In this document: one piece after another, positions 12,806 through 26,254 of the stretch | Layout: every line of letters starts with the position of its first letter | How positions within the stretch are numbered: the stretch's first letter is position 1 | Source: Chrysomallon squamiferum | Lineage: Eukaryota; Animalia; Mollusca | Assembly: GCA_012295275.1 (NCBI GenBank) | Contig: CM022676.1 | Coordinates: forward strand, 2,666,001-2,730,000 | DNA: 64,000 bases | Reading direction: 5' to 3' | Notes under the pieces: generated by a model | The model's database searches: none | What the model was told of the DNA's origin: nothing | What the model saw: the letters and a program-made list of their open reading frames with translations, nothing else | Program-made: the position numbers and the translations under genes

Positions 12806-13418
12806 CTATAGTTTAATAATAAAACTAATTTGTAACAATTATGTACAGTTTAACTATTATAGTTAATAAAGAGACCAAAAATTATTTTTATTTTAGATCT
12901 GAATTTTCAAATTTAATAATTAATTTATGATTGTAAAATATTTAACTTGCAAAGTATACGAAAGAAGCAACTTATAACATGGAAAACATCAAGGCAGGCT
13001 TTGGTGATCTATACAGTGAACCCTTGATTTAACAGAGAATGAGTAGCGTGGAAAAAGAAACTCAGACATTTTGTAGTGAGGTGTTAAAAATAACACAAAT
13101 ATTGATATTGGTAATGTAGGATAACATACAGAAATAAATTTTCTTTAAAATAACAGATTTTAAAAAGCCTGACAGACAGCAGATTGAACTGGCTCAGCCA
13201 TTATCATATAATTCATTCCAAATCAGTGGAGATTGGAGATTATTTATACATTTCCCAGATTTCTCTCCAGAGTTTTCCTAAATCAAGTAAGAATAGGTTG
13301 GGTTTACTGACAAACACCAATAATTTGCGTGTTAAAAATTATTACTAAAAAACTTTAGTTATTCCATTGTTTATTTTACTTTTCTAATCAGAGAAATCAA
13401 ATTACAACTATAAAATCC

Positions 13419-13706
13419 CTTTTACATAAATATCAGCAGATTTGGTTTGACTCAGTTTTCCAGATCTATCTCTAATTCCATTATGTACACTACAAGTGTA
13501 CGTTCCTCCATCTTCACATATAACAGATTTAAACATCAGTCTGTACTGACTGTTTCCAACAACAACTCCACTAACATCCTCTATAAATACTCCATTCCAA
13601 TAATGTTTAAAACTTGTAAACGTCAAGTTGCCAGGACGACCATCAGCAAAACACGTAATATTTGCTGTTATGTTTTCTGTTGTATTCACTGAATCAAAAG
13701 TGATGT
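13419..13706 (-). CDS. Gene 2 Ig exon with a defective donor
   Basis: ITCFADGRP..HYWNG..EDGGTYTCSVHNG; ends aaa g|ggattt, with GG where GT is needed. Confidence 0.8.
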
Positions 13707-13797
13707 CTAAGAAAAATTGCTAAAATAATAAGTAAATATTGTTAATTTGTTTAAATAAACAGCTACAAGTTTGGAGACAGAACAAACAGATACTTAC

Positions 13798-14064
13798 AGC
13801 TGACAACAACTTCAGTGTCGCGTGACTTAACAAGGTAGACATATTCTTTTGTAGTGACGTTTGCTTCACATGTGTAATTACCATGATTTGTTCTGTTCAA
13901 GTTTGTTAAAATTAACTTTCCATTATTAATCAGCTCTTGTCGATCAAATGTCCACTTGAGTTCAGCTGGACGAGGATTGCTGTCTGATGTACAGGTCAAG
14001 GTCAGGTCATCACTTTCTTTAAGAAGTCCTGATTTTGAAAATGTGACTTTGATTCTGGGATAAT
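13798..14064 (-). CDS. Gene 2 Ig (I/C2-set) exon
   Basis: YYPRIKV..LTLTCTSDSNPRPAELKW..NHGNYTCEA; 267 nt, phase 1-1. Confidence 0.85.
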
Positions 14065-14352
14065 CTAAAATATGACCAAGTTGAAATAATAAAATTAATA
14101 TTAAACATCTAACAACTCTTTCTAAATGAATGTACTATATTCTTTCTTATAAAGAAACTGAATTTCTGTTTATTTCTTACAACTGTTTTATTCTGATAAT
14201 TATTTAAAAGCAACTGAAAAGATGTTGACATGATTTAGATTTCAATTTTCAACAGACTAATACTTTTTAATTCAGTGAGTACTTAGCAGTAACGTTTCCA
14301 AAATTAAAATCAAACAGATCATTAAAAATGTTTGAGGTAACAAATATCGTAC

Positions 14353-14640
14353 AGTAAATGTTTAGTTGTATCTTATTAGATTCATGTCTTTGTTGTTCGT
14401 TTCTGTCTGTGTATTCATTCCCAGCTGAACATTTGTAGCAGACTCCATTGTCTTCCTTTGTGGGTGTCAGTGACAAGTTAAATCCTGTGTGTTGTACATC
14501 AGATCCATTTCTAATCCAGTAAAACTGAGCTGCTGCATTTCCTTTACCACTGTCAGGTAAAGAACAAATCAAAGAGCCTCCTGTGTTTTCTAGCCATGGC
14601 TGTTTAGGATCTGATGAAAGTGTTGTTTTGTGTGGATGAT
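14353..14640 (-). CDS. Gene 2 Ig exon
   Basis: YHPHKTTL..LICSLPDSGKGNAAAQFYWIRNG..EDNGVCYKCSAGN; 288 nt, phase 1-1. Confidence 0.85.
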
Positions 14641-16342
14641 CTATTTAAAACATTTTCATTTTAATTCAGATAAAGATGTCTTGATTTTTGTTTTTCATAT
14701 AAATAAGCAGGAAAATATATACATTTTGTTGTATCTGCAATTTTGTTAAATTATTATTTTCTTCTGAATTGTGAATGGAATACCGACACAGAAATATATT
14801 TACTAATATAAAAAAGAAGTATTTGTTATATTTATTTCTAAGAATTAATTGTTTTTAAACATTTATTTCACAAATTCAAGGTCAGTGTTACAAATATTTA
14901 TGTAAATATGTAAATATAAAAAAAAAATGTTGCTGATTGCAAATTCTTAATCAGTTGTGCCATATTTTTCAACATGACTCACTGACTGCAGACAAAAGAA
15001 GTTGTAAACATTTTTAATAAAAAAATAAACCCTGATATTGTCTAAATTACTGAGGTGGTAAAGTAAATACCTTGGTTATAAAAGTTCCTACTCATAACAA
15101 ACAAAACCGCGAAGTAACGCTATACTTGTAAGTAGTGTGGTTAAGCCAACTGGGTGATTTTGCAAAGGAATTGCCAAAAGGTGAAATTTTATTACAATCC
15201 AATAATTACCAGTCACTGTTTGGGTTAGATCTGCATTGCTAATTAGAATTAATCCTTGATTACCACACTAATACTAGTATTATAGATAAACAGGCGGAAA
15301 TAGTGGAAATAAATCAATTAACATATTTCAAAAACCTCACAAGTTTGATAAATGTGAATAAAACTTACAGGAACAAAGAGATAACAGTAGTGTTGTGGTT
15401 ACTTGCACACAATTAGACTACCACGTGAGATGAAAGGTTCACGTTTCTTTGAAGGCTTAAGAAATAATGGTCCCATGTTTCTTGTAATTACTATATGCAG
15501 GTAAATGATCAATATTATTACGAGTGTGTATTGATACCTAAATGAATTCATTCATTTAGTTTTGCACGTTTTGCATTGTCTTATTTAATTTATTATAATG
15601 GCAGAGCAACCTAAAAATGACAAATATGAAACCTTCTATGCAGTGTAAAGTGAAATTAATAAGAATAGTTTTCATTAAATCTACTTATAACAGTGACCAT
15701 TACTGGCTATTGTAAGAAACCAACATTTTGACAATCAGAAAACAAGTAATGACTGGCGAATCAAAAATTGTTTGACGATACACAAAAACTTTCGTACACT
15801 CACCAAACGTTCATATATACTAACAGTTTTAAAATGATCACAGAATTTAAATTTCTTGCTGCTACTACCATGACAGAAGTTTGCTTCTGAGAGAAATATG
15901 GAAAGGAAAAAAAAAGGTCCTGTCCTCAGTGATAGACTATTTATTAGTTGACAACTGATAGGCATTTAACTGAAACATTTGTAATAAGAAAATATTCCAA
16001 CTTCATAAACCGGCACGCTGACTAAAACAGCATATCTCATTGGTTCCAAGTGAATACAGTTTTGACAGTCTACTCTCTCTCACTGTAGATAGGTAGATAG
16101 ATGGATCTATAAAAAAAAAAGCAAAAATAAATTGACTAAAACTGTGTTGTGTTACCACGGTGTGATCATTGTGTTAGATGTAAATGGCCATTTATTAACA
16201 ATACAAGTCAAATAAATTTGAAAATAAAAATAAAATAAATGAATTAACGTTGAGAACTAGATGTCATTACAAAAAAAAAACACACAAATAAACTGATACT
16301 CAATATAAACATTTAAAAAATATCTAACATTAAAAGTCTTAC

Positions 16343-16654
16343 ACCACACATCAAGTATTCCAGTGTTGGATGTTACAAGAGTTTGTCCAGGAATCCCTGC
16401 GTGGCAGTAAACACTGTGTCCATCATCTGACTCAGTCAGTGTTAGCGACAGAGAACTCTTTCTTACAGTCAGGTCACCTGATGTGATATTTATGTTGGTG
16501 ATTCCTGTGTTTATCTGTTCATTATTCTTGTACCAGTAAACAGAGGAGACTGGGTTGCTAGGTGACGTGACACATGTCAGAGAGTCAAAACCTTCACTGA
16601 TTTTTTTATTATTCTGTGAACTGATGTTTAATAGTGTCACCTATTTTACTTGTA
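16343..16654 (-). CDS. Gene 2 Ig (C2-like) exon with an in-frame TAG
   Basis: VQVK*VTLL..LTCVTSPSNPVSSVYWYK..DDGHSVYCHA; 312 nt, phase 1-1. Confidence 0.8.
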
Positions 16655-16912
16655 CTGTAACAAATGTGTAAATAATCAGTAACTTTGCTTTATCGTACTT
16701 AACATCTATTAAAATATTATTTACTTATTTGTCATAATAAAATCAGAATGAATAATTTGCATATTAAGTAACACATGAAAATACTTCATACTCAGGCATC
16801 AAAAGTTTGTAATATTTTTTGTTGCATCTATATAAAAAATTACAAAAAGGTAAATACATTTACTTAAAGTAATAAAAATACAGAATGCTTTGGGTAATTA
16901 ATGTTATCTTAC

Positions 16913-17662
16913 CTGGAAAGTTAGAGGTACAAATAAACTTCTCATAAACGTCATTGTTAAAAGACTGATGAATCAGTTGAGTGGAGACATTAACTTTTCC
17001 TTGTACAGTTAAATAATTCATAGTCAGCCTGGCAGCTGTTTTAACTTGTATAGTTGTACAACCGTTACTGACTTTTGTAGCAACTGGAGTCAAGTTCTTA
17101 AATAGAAAGATAGCAGAAATATAATTATTATTATTAGTTTATTCCTTTAACTAATATAATATTAACAATAGATATGTTTTTCTAATAAATGCTCATTGGG
17201 TCTGTTCAAAGGTGAAAATCATTTATTAAAGTTTATAATTGTACTAACTGAACAATGTTTTAGTTATTTTTGTATCAGGAGAGAATCATCACTTTTGTCA
17301 TGTAAACCTATCATTACAATATAAGGGGAAAAAAAGAGGTATATAAATAATTAGTTTTTTAAATGTTGGTGTTTTTAATGAAGGGATTAGTTGGAATGTT
17401 TCCTGGCTTTTGGTAAAGTTAAAAAAAAAAAAAAAAACACAAACACACACCAAATAAAGTAATTATAATAATGCACCAATAACTTTTCTTTATATTTTAC
17501 AAATTTAGTTATGAACACAAACGTACCACAGAAGATTCACCAAAAAAATTCCAGGAGATGTTCACAACTGGGTAAGCACAGCCAGTCGTTACACTGACAG
17601 TAAAATCTTTCTCAGAATCAATGTATGTCTCCACTGGACACGCATACGTGAAATCAACAAAG
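16913..17662 (-). CDS. Gene 2 second Ig-like domain split over two exons (17662-17527, 17096-16913)
   Basis: ACPVETY..GCAYPVVNISW.. joined in phase 0 to NLTPVATKVSNGCTT..KFICTSNFP; canonical splice sites. Confidence 0.65.
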
Positions 17663-18000
17663 CTAAAACGTAATAATAATAACAAATAAAAGAACAATAA
17701 ACAGACTTTATGCTACCAGCATATTCGACTATTCTATAACTGTGTTAGTAATGTTGAGGAAAAAAACAAAACACCTAGGTTTAGTTTAAAGAATAGTGAC
17801 GAGGTTTCTCTTCAGGACAAGAAAAAAAAAAGTATCAACAGAGCTACTTTATATATTTCATCTTTACTATTTTTATTATAATTTGAAAAGCCGTCAAACC
17901 GTTATAAATTCAAATCTTCACCTGCTAATTATCAGTCTTTTGATTGTTTTTGATTGACAAACTTATAAAATTACAAAGGTGCAGATTTTTTCAAGAACAA

Positions 18001-18030
18001 AAATATATATATATATATATACACACACAA

Positions 18031-18101
<71 letters not shown>

Positions 18102-18122
18102 TATTTACAATAAAACAATAAA

Positions 18123-18196
<74 letters not shown>

Positions 18197-18230
18197 TATA
18201 ATAAAAATAATAATAATAATAATAATAATA
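18001..18230. repeat. (TA)n/(AAAT)n/(AAT)n microsatellite block
   Basis: Seen directly. Confidence 0.9.
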
Positions 18231-19649
18231 AAACTTAGAAGATGGTCAGCATTTGACATTCGTGGTTTTACATAAGGTAAATGAAACAGCTCGAAATCTC
18301 TGTAACTTTCTTGTATTGTATAAAGACTTTTTTCTTGGTCACAGTATTCCCTATTCCTGTTTTTAACAATAGCAATAGCAACTGATCACAATACATCATA
18401 TTTAAAGTGGTTAATTTCAAAACGTAGCTGAAATAGAGACTTGAAATTCTGCCTGCTTATTTTTTTCCTAATTGCTAATGTCCATTAAATTATAGTGTGT
18501 TTTCATTTAATTTATAAAATTTCTTGATACTAATGTAATCCAAGTTGATAGTTAAAAACGTGACCATCTGAAAATTTCAAGAATATCACTGAGAAAACTA
18601 CAGTATATTATATATATATATATATATCTCTTTTAAAAATAAAAACAAACAACAAACAGACACACACAAAAAAAAAATAATAATAAAAAAATGAATCAAA
18701 CAACATAAGTTAAGATACTATTGTTTAAAACAAGTGCATAATATGTTCCTTTTAAAGATAGAGATGAAAACAAAAAAAATGAAAACAGGAAAGAAAACTA
18801 GTGTGATTGACTACTTATTAATTTAAGTGAATGCATCTTCATAGGACTAACAGAAACAAAAATGTCTATTTCAGCGAGAAAACACATATGATGAACCTAT
18901 ATTTTAATTTATGTTCTCGATCTATAAAGGTGTACATCGGTTTTCCTCAAAATCAGTTATAAAAAAATAAAAGCTGGTCAAATATTTTGCATTCTGTGAT
19001 TATACACACTATATTGTTTCTGAGAAGTGTCATTTTAATTATTTTGGCCAAGCGTGAGAAAAAATATCTTTCAGTTTAATTATATAAAATCTTTATAAAG
19101 AAGTCATGTAGTTGAAATTTATAAAATGAGTTTGTAGTCCTATGAAAATGCAACTGAAAACATAAGTAGATATATGTTTAAATAAGAATGACTTGAAATG
19201 ACTGAAACTACATTGAAAACTAACCTGTCATATATATAATGTTACTAGTTTCATGAAAACTAGAAGTAACAATAAATTATTGATTCATCAGATTGTCACT
19301 TGTTTTTGAGGTATATATCTAGGCTTGGAACCTTTCAATCTAGTCCCCACTTATTATGTTCTAAAAAGTTTTTATATTTCGTTTCTTGTAAAAAAAAAAA
19401 AAACAACAAAACGTATGAACCTGTAAGGAAAAGTCTTTTCTGGCAAAAGTATTGTGAAAACACCAGTACCAGGGTGAAAGTATGTATGATATTTATCATT
19501 AAATTAAATAATGTCATTTTTGAGAATTAAGTCTTTTAACTGTTTACCTCTAATATTAACTTCCTATTATTCACACAAAAAAAAAAATGTTGTGACGATA
19601 GAAATCTTACATCACTATAAATGTGTTCTGATCTATAAATGTTTTCTTA

Positions 19650-20800
19650 TTTTCTTCTTTCAGTCAAACAGATAGTCAGATAGATCCTGATTATCTCTGG
19701 GATTAGAATTAAAACGATTACGAGGAGGTAAATATACTGAACATAATGTAATAGTTTTATGAGTTGAGAATTGTACAGCCACCTGCTGGAAATTAGTATT
19801 AAATTGAACTGTATTCTGGGCTATGTTTTCAATAAAACTTATGGATGAAGCCATGGAAACTGTACCTTCATCTTCATGAAATATACGATAAAGCTTAATC
19901 TGCTAATAGTGTCAGTTTCCTTCAGAAGAGAAACTGCAATAAGGCAGTATTTTTTTATGAAGGTAATTCGTCAATGTTCGATCTAAACTCGTGACAGTAT
20001 CACTAAATAAATGTATTTGCTATAACTGGAGATATTTTAATCTTATCTCTTGTTCGTTGAGATGTAGATGCTGATATAGATGTTATCTTGAGATGAGGTT
20101 TCTATCATGTAGTCAATATCAAGAGACAAAAAAGACTGTTAGTCAGGATAAAATTGTATTCATTCTTCTTTAATTGTGTCATATATCATGGTTTGAACAT
20201 TTTGAATGTATGGTATGTGTTCCTTAGTTGGTCTTACTGAAGCCTAACTTCTCAGTAGAAATCCACCTTGACAGACTGTTAGATTCTCAAGATACTTGAA
20301 TTTATTTCTGTGCAAGCTCCCTTATTAAATAACACTACATCATTTGGTCTGGTTAAGTCCGTCTGTATTTGAATAATTCTTGTAGATACTTCCACAGCTG
20401 AAATGGATTTTCAACTTTCAATTACTTCAGTTTTTCACTTTGGTCATTCTTGCTAATATGTGAAGAGCTTCTCCTTGTAGTTGGTGCTTACCACATCATT
20501 CTTACATCCCTTGTTGTCATGATCATATTGAACACAAGAAGCACGTATCACTTTGCTATGACATGCATTTTGACATTTAAAACACAGCAGAGGGTTTGGA
20601 ATTTAAGACAGACAGGTATACTCAGCCTCAACAGATTCCGGCCAACACTTATCGGCGTCACATGACCCAAGTAAAGATAATATATGCAATGCTCTTTCAC
20701 TGACAGACCCAATAACTAGAAAGCCTGGAAAGGCTTGAGAGGTAATAACCTTTATTTCATAAGCCAGTTTATCATCATCCAAAGATGAAACGTTACATAC
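19650..20800 (-). mobile_element. Degenerate 5' part of a LINE retrotransposon (I-group-like ORF1/gag + APE endonuclease start)
   Basis: FPGFLVIGSVSE.., an IPNPLLCFKCQNACH zinc-knuckle remnant, and QQVAVQFSTHKTITLCSVYLPP (APE endonuclease-like motif); many stops and frameshifts. Confidence 0.75.
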
Positions 20801-21148
20801 ACACACACACATATAAAGTGGGAACTGGTTTAGTTTGAAATGGTGATTATCCCCTTGTATGAACCCTGGATATACATCTTAATAGTAAGAAAACAGTTTC
20901 CATGTAGGTTTGTAAAGTTTGAACCAAGACAGAAATTTATATGTATTCAAATATCTGTATCTGTATATTTTTGTTTAAAGTATGGCAAGGTTTAGTACAA
21001 AAGAGCAATTATTTCGACTATGCTGCTTCCTTGCATGATCCCTGCATAAGTTATGATGTATCTAACGATTTAAAAAAAAAAAAAAAAAAATAAATAAAAA
21101 ACACATGTAAATATAACAACAACAATAATAACTGCTTACAAAACTTAC

Positions 21149-21466
21149 TTGCAAAAGGAGCTCTAAGTGTTAACCTCACAGAATATACAAAGTTTTGATA
21201 AGTTTCAGTAACATTCCAGGTTCCTGCGTGTTTTGTTTCATTAAAAGTAAAAATCTCAAGAGTTATGACATGTGTAGACTGTCTTGTTACATTGTAATTA
21301 AATCCAGAACCACACGGTCCACCTGATGCAAAACATGCTCCTTGTGCTGATCCATTCAGTATGAAAATAAGAGATCCTGTTATGTCTTCTTCACTGTTTG
21401 TGTAGATCAAAACAAGAAACTGACCAAGCACTGGCATTTTCTTGTCTGTGGTAAGAATTCTATTTC
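21149..21466 (-). CDS. Gene 2 N-terminal atypical V-like Ig domain exon
   Basis: 318 nt, phase 1-1; GNRILTTDKKMPVLGQFLVLIYT...GACFASGGPC...ITLEIFTFNETKHAGTWNV...VRLTLRAPFA. Confidence 0.7.
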
Positions 21467-21511
21467 CTTCAAAGATAATAAAAGTAATGAAAATAGATAT
21501 ATATATATATA

Positions 21512-21543
<32 letters not shown>

Positions 21544-22880
21544 CACCCCAAAAACAACTACAATAAGAATAAATGACGTCGTAATAATTCTCAACCACAA
21601 TAGTAATATAAATGTCTTAAGTATTTAAAAAATAAATAACAAAAATAAAAATGGAAAATAAAATAGAAAATAATAATAATAAAAACAATTGAATTAAACA
21701 CAAAAATAATATAAAAAACTAATATATTACTAAAATACTTTTCATAGTCAGTGAAAACACAGTTAGCTGGAATGACATGTTTGTAGGGTATCATTCAGTT
21801 TGTTACTCGACTCGTTTGTCACACACCTTTTAACAACATGTGTTATACAATAATGGACTCATCTTCCTAGTTGTTACAGAGTCAGCTTAGGGAACAATTC
21901 AGAAACAAGAATACAAATATGTATCCACATCCATTTGTTATGAATTCAGTCACATTTCAGGAATAATATGAACTAACACATCACATTCTATATATGTATG
22001 CAGTAATACGTGTTACATCACAGTGTTATATATAAGTATGTTCAGCCGGTAACTGTTCCATTAAGCTGACTGTGTAACAAATGGGAGACAAATGACATAT
22101 TCTGGAATATGACCTATTTTCTAACTGCCTTGTTTTAGTCTTTGTAAAGTTCAGAATTTGTATAAATATGAAATATCTGTTGCTGATAATTGAAACTCAC
22201 TAGTGTTTCACATGACTGTAACTGTTTTATTGGATTTTTACGTGTTTTCATCTTTACAATATGTTTGATGTCGTATTTTCGTGAATCATGTAGCATGAAT
22301 CATAAATCATCGAGTAAATGATTTCTTTCTTTACAAATAACAATATTTGTTCCACTTAACTCGAACACGATACTGTATAACATGTTGACAGTCTTGTTTC
22401 ATACGTGTCTCTTGTCTAAACAACTAGTGTTGTTTTCAAAAATAAAAATCTGGCTTTAGATACTGTCTTAATTTTCGAATAAATCAATAAATAAATAAAT
22501 GAAAATCATTAATCGACATTAATCGTCTTATTAGTTGTATTGTTGGCGTTTTCATTAAAAAGTAAACGAAACAAAGAAATATGAAACCTTTCTGTGTAAT
22601 TAATCTCACAATGGAATATAATTTTATTTTTAACACACTTGGAAATGTTTAATTAAAATTCTATTTTCAGCATAGAATTCGTTCACTTGTGATATACAAA
22701 CTGTGCAGTTTAAATAATATACAGTGATAAATCTGTATCTACGTTTTAACACTAAACCACCTCCAATCAGGACACAGCTTAAATAAATGTGTTACTTTTT
22801 CAGTACATGGATCATATTTTCAGTAATATTAAAAATATTTATTTTAATTTATCAAATAAGAAATAAAAATAAAAGCTTAC

Positions 22881-22935
22881 CTAGACAGTAACTAACAAGG
22901 ATGACAGAAACAAGTAAATATCGAAGCAGCGCCAT
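22881..22935 (-). CDS. Gene 2 signal-peptide exon
   Basis: MALLRYLLVSVILVSYCL(G), 55 nt, donor gtaagc. Confidence 0.8.
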
Positions 22936-23002
22936 TGTGAATGTTGTGTTTAAACTTGTTTCTTCAGGGTTCACGAGTTGTACTTTATTTAGGTTTTCTT
23001 AC

Positions 23003-23170
23003 TGTGTCACGTTATTACTACAGCGCTGTCACTGTGTAAAAGTGTCTTCTTTTTTACATATATTTAATTCACTTCGTTTCTTACTTAGCGCCTCAGTTCA
23101 TCTATTTCTTTAATTTAGATAACAAAAATAAATAACCAAATGTCTTTTACAACAAACTGAATTAGTTATA
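23003..23170 (-). promoter_or_regulatory. Putative proximal promoter of gene 2, conserved with paralogous copies
   Basis: TGTGTCACGTTATTAC is identical at 9675-9690, 23003-23018 and 25041-25056; it lies about 60-70 nt upstream of the leader ATG in the first two copies. Confidence 0.5.
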
Positions 23171-23494
23171 CCGACGTAGCTTACTCTGGGTTGTTTCGAT
23201 TTATTTGAAATATTTTAAACATATTAGTAAACAAACTATTTTTTGTCTTTTTATATCTTTTTCTGTCATTTTACATCACGTTTTAAATTGTTACACTTAT
23301 AATTTTAACTGCAGTGGGAGGAACACGAAACAAATTCTGAGCAGTCAGTGCGATATCGGTTTTCACTGAAATCACAGAGATAATCAAGAAACGACAACTC
23401 GTCTAAAAAGAAGAAAAAAGAAAATTCTGGCCTTCTTACTAATGGAAAAAGAGAAACATCTAGTCTATGGCAGAAAAATTTGGAGTTAAAACGT

Positions 23495-23665
<171 letters not shown>

Positions 23666-23899
23666 ATATCATTTTTAGTTTTTTAAGAGAAAAGCGGCTG
23701 GTTTTATCAGAATTACTAAAGTTATAATAATTTGGTTAAACTATCACTAATTTAAGTATGAATGAGCTCATTATGCGGCAAAATCATCTTCCTCTACCAA
23801 TCACCTTGTGACAGTCACATGCACTATTTTTTTGTTTTTGTTTTTTGTTCTCTAACTCAAAATATCAAGTCCAGCTTATAAAGTTTTCTTTTCTTTTTT

Positions 23900-24677
23900 A
23901 ACTCTAGAAGAAAATAAATGAATTAAAAAGAAAGAGGAAACAGATAAGAAAGAAGAGGCTACAAAGAAAACAAATACTTTACCTAAAATACTTTTCACAG
24001 TCAGGGGGAAGATCACCATTATCTGGTGTAGCATTACTGTAGAAACGATCCACACTGACATTTTCTGGAATCTGACCTAGTTTCTAACTGCCTTGCATTG
24101 CTCTATGTTAAGTTCTATGTAAAAAAGAATATAAAACAAATTAGGTGTCGAGCATATATTTCTTTCTAAATGATGATTTGCAATGCTATCTTGTTAGTGT
24201 TGTAAGTAGAAAGAGCCTATTGACTGAACTGCAGATCTGAGTTATCATAGATAACAAGACAAATTCGTCCCAGTGCGCCTATTGTATTATTTGTCGTAGC
24301 TGCTAGTGTCTCATTTGTTTATATTTATATTTAAGTGATTAAATCTGCGTTGAAATGATATGGGAGCCGCTACGTGTACATCATCTCACTCTGCCTCCAA
24401 CTTTGTTAATCATAATCAAAGTTGTTTAGCTAAATAACTTCTCGGCATAATCATAAGTACAGACTTTGAGCGAAAAGTCTCTGAAGATTTTGAGGAGTTC
24501 ATTTCATATTGTTGATGTAAAAAAGAAAAAGAAGAAGAAACTTATGGACCAGATTTTTATAATGTATCCCTTCTAAAAATATATCATCATCTAGATATAG
24601 ATTCACTCTGACTAAAGTGGATTAGAAACTATTTTCATAGTACCAACTGAAGTAAAGTTATGAATAATCAAATATTG

Positions 24678-24717
<40 letters not shown>

Positions 24718-25538
24718 TGTACCGGATGAATGATTTTTTAAAATATTCAAATACGTTGCATACTGTAATATTTACCTCATTCGGAGCAGTTTAGTTAAAA
24801 CTGGGTTTTGATGATGCGATTCTCTCACTTGTTATAGATATGTCGTGCAGTTTACATAATTATATAGTGACAAAAGTTTAAGTCAAGTTTGAACACAAAA
24901 CCAACTGTAACCGGGACACAAACTCAATGAAGGTTTTGCGTTTTGTGTACATGAATTTTATTTCCAGTAATATTTAGTATGTTGTGACAAAACTTCTTTT
25001 CTACGGGTGAATGAGTTGTGCTCTCTGTGTGTTATCTTACTGTGTCACGTTATTACTACATCGCTCTCTCTATTATAGAGAGACTACTTCTTTCTGACTT
25101 TGATCAAATTATTCTCGCTTATCCAACTATTTAATTGAATGAAGGGAAATACGTACTAAAGTATCATTGTTTCATGACTTGCGGAAAAAACACAGCAAAC
25201 AGTACATCTAGAAGAAAATAAATGAATTAAAAAGAAAGAGAAAACAGATAAGAAAGAAGAGGCTACAAAGAAAACAAATACTTTACCTAAAATACTTTTC
25301 ACAGTCAGGGAGAAGATCACCATGATCTGGAATAACATTACTAATTAAATAAAAGTTACAACAAATCAAAGTACTGAATTAGATGCTGTTTTAGTTTTGT
25401 ATCGTTCTCAGCATCTGAAATCGCCATTGGTTATTCATAGCTTCTAGTCTGGGACAATTTCGAAAATATTCCACACTACCAATCCAGACTGTATCTGACA
25501 ATCACGATAGAAACAAGAAAGTATCCAAACAGCGCCAT
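23900..25538 (-). pseudogene. Relic of another gene 2-family paralogue: leader exon 25538-25484 plus intron-1 remnants
   Basis: MALFGYFLVSIVIVRYSL with the donor lost. 24060-24100 resembles 22095-22132 and 24820-24975 resembles 22680-22830. A direct repeat of about 130 bp lies at 23903-24030 / 25207-25330. Confidence 0.65.
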
Positions 25539-25850
25539 TTTGTTTGTTCTGACTAAACTGTTTTTTTTTCCCCGAGTACACGATTTTGTAGTCTGTCTAG
25601 GTCATCTGCAACTCTCTCTATTACTACAGGTCTCTCTCTCTGACTCTCACTGATATTTCCAGAGGTGTCCGATAAAATTTCATTTGAGTAATTTTAGATA
25701 TTGAATCAGTTATACAGTATTTTTGTATACATTCCCTAGAAAGAAAGAAAGAATAAATAAATAAAAAGGACAAAAACGATCTGGGATAAAAAAAGAATTG
25801 AAATAACTACAGAGACTCTGGAAGCCATGATTTCTAACACGTTTCAAAAA

Positions 25851-25914
<64 letters not shown>

Positions 25915-26095
25915 TATTTTACTATTGGCATACAAAACTCCTCATAACGAATAAGGAATAAAAACATTTCAGATTTTCTTTACAAATACACATTTTATTT
26001 CAAGATAGTAATAAGTTATTATCAGTTCTCATCGTAGTTGGATAAATTTTAATATGATAAATAAAAGTGAATAATTCTAAATAAATGTTATTACC

Positions 26096-26254
26096 TCAAC
26101 TCGGTGTGTTATCAGACACCTTCAGCTTTTCATACGCAGGTGCATCACGTGATTGTAAACACTCGTACTGAGTTGTAGGTATTTGACCATGTTCTATAAA
26201 TTTATTAATACTTTCATAAACACATTTTGATAAACTATTTTTCCGTAATATTTT
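26096..26254 (-). CDS. Gene 3 terminal exon with an ITAM
   Basis: KILRKNSLSKCVYESINKFIEHGQIPTTQYECLQSRDAPAYEKLKVSDNTPS*. An internal acceptor before EHGQ is also possible. Confidence 0.75.
   Translation of the reverse strand, partial: KILRKNSLSKCVYESINKFIEHGQIPTTQYECLQSRDAPAYEKLKVSDNTPS

Larger units (their letters stand above)
10226..22935 (-). pseudogene. Gene 2: leader-6xIg-FN3-TM receptor with two ITAMs; apparently pseudogenised
   Basis: Exons 22935-22881, 21466-21149, 17662-17527, 17096-16913, 16654-16343, 14640-14353, 14064-13798, 13706-13419, 12805-12158, 10953-10822, 10547-10443 and 10344-10226. Lesions: 1-nt shortfall at the start of the 17662 exon, TAG at 16643-16641, GG instead of GT donor after 13419, TGA at 10912-10910. 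Confidence 0.8.

Noticed and set aside
5688-13040. TACAGT-starting Tc1/mariner- or Tigger-like ends at about 5688, 7083 and 13012
   Set aside because: Too short, and no partner terminal repeat found.
12158-16654. Assigning a gene symbol such as nephrin/NPHS1, sidestep or hemicentin
   Set aside because: The Ig-FN3-TM layout is generic; the domain count, atypical first domain and ITAM tail do not support orthology without a database search.
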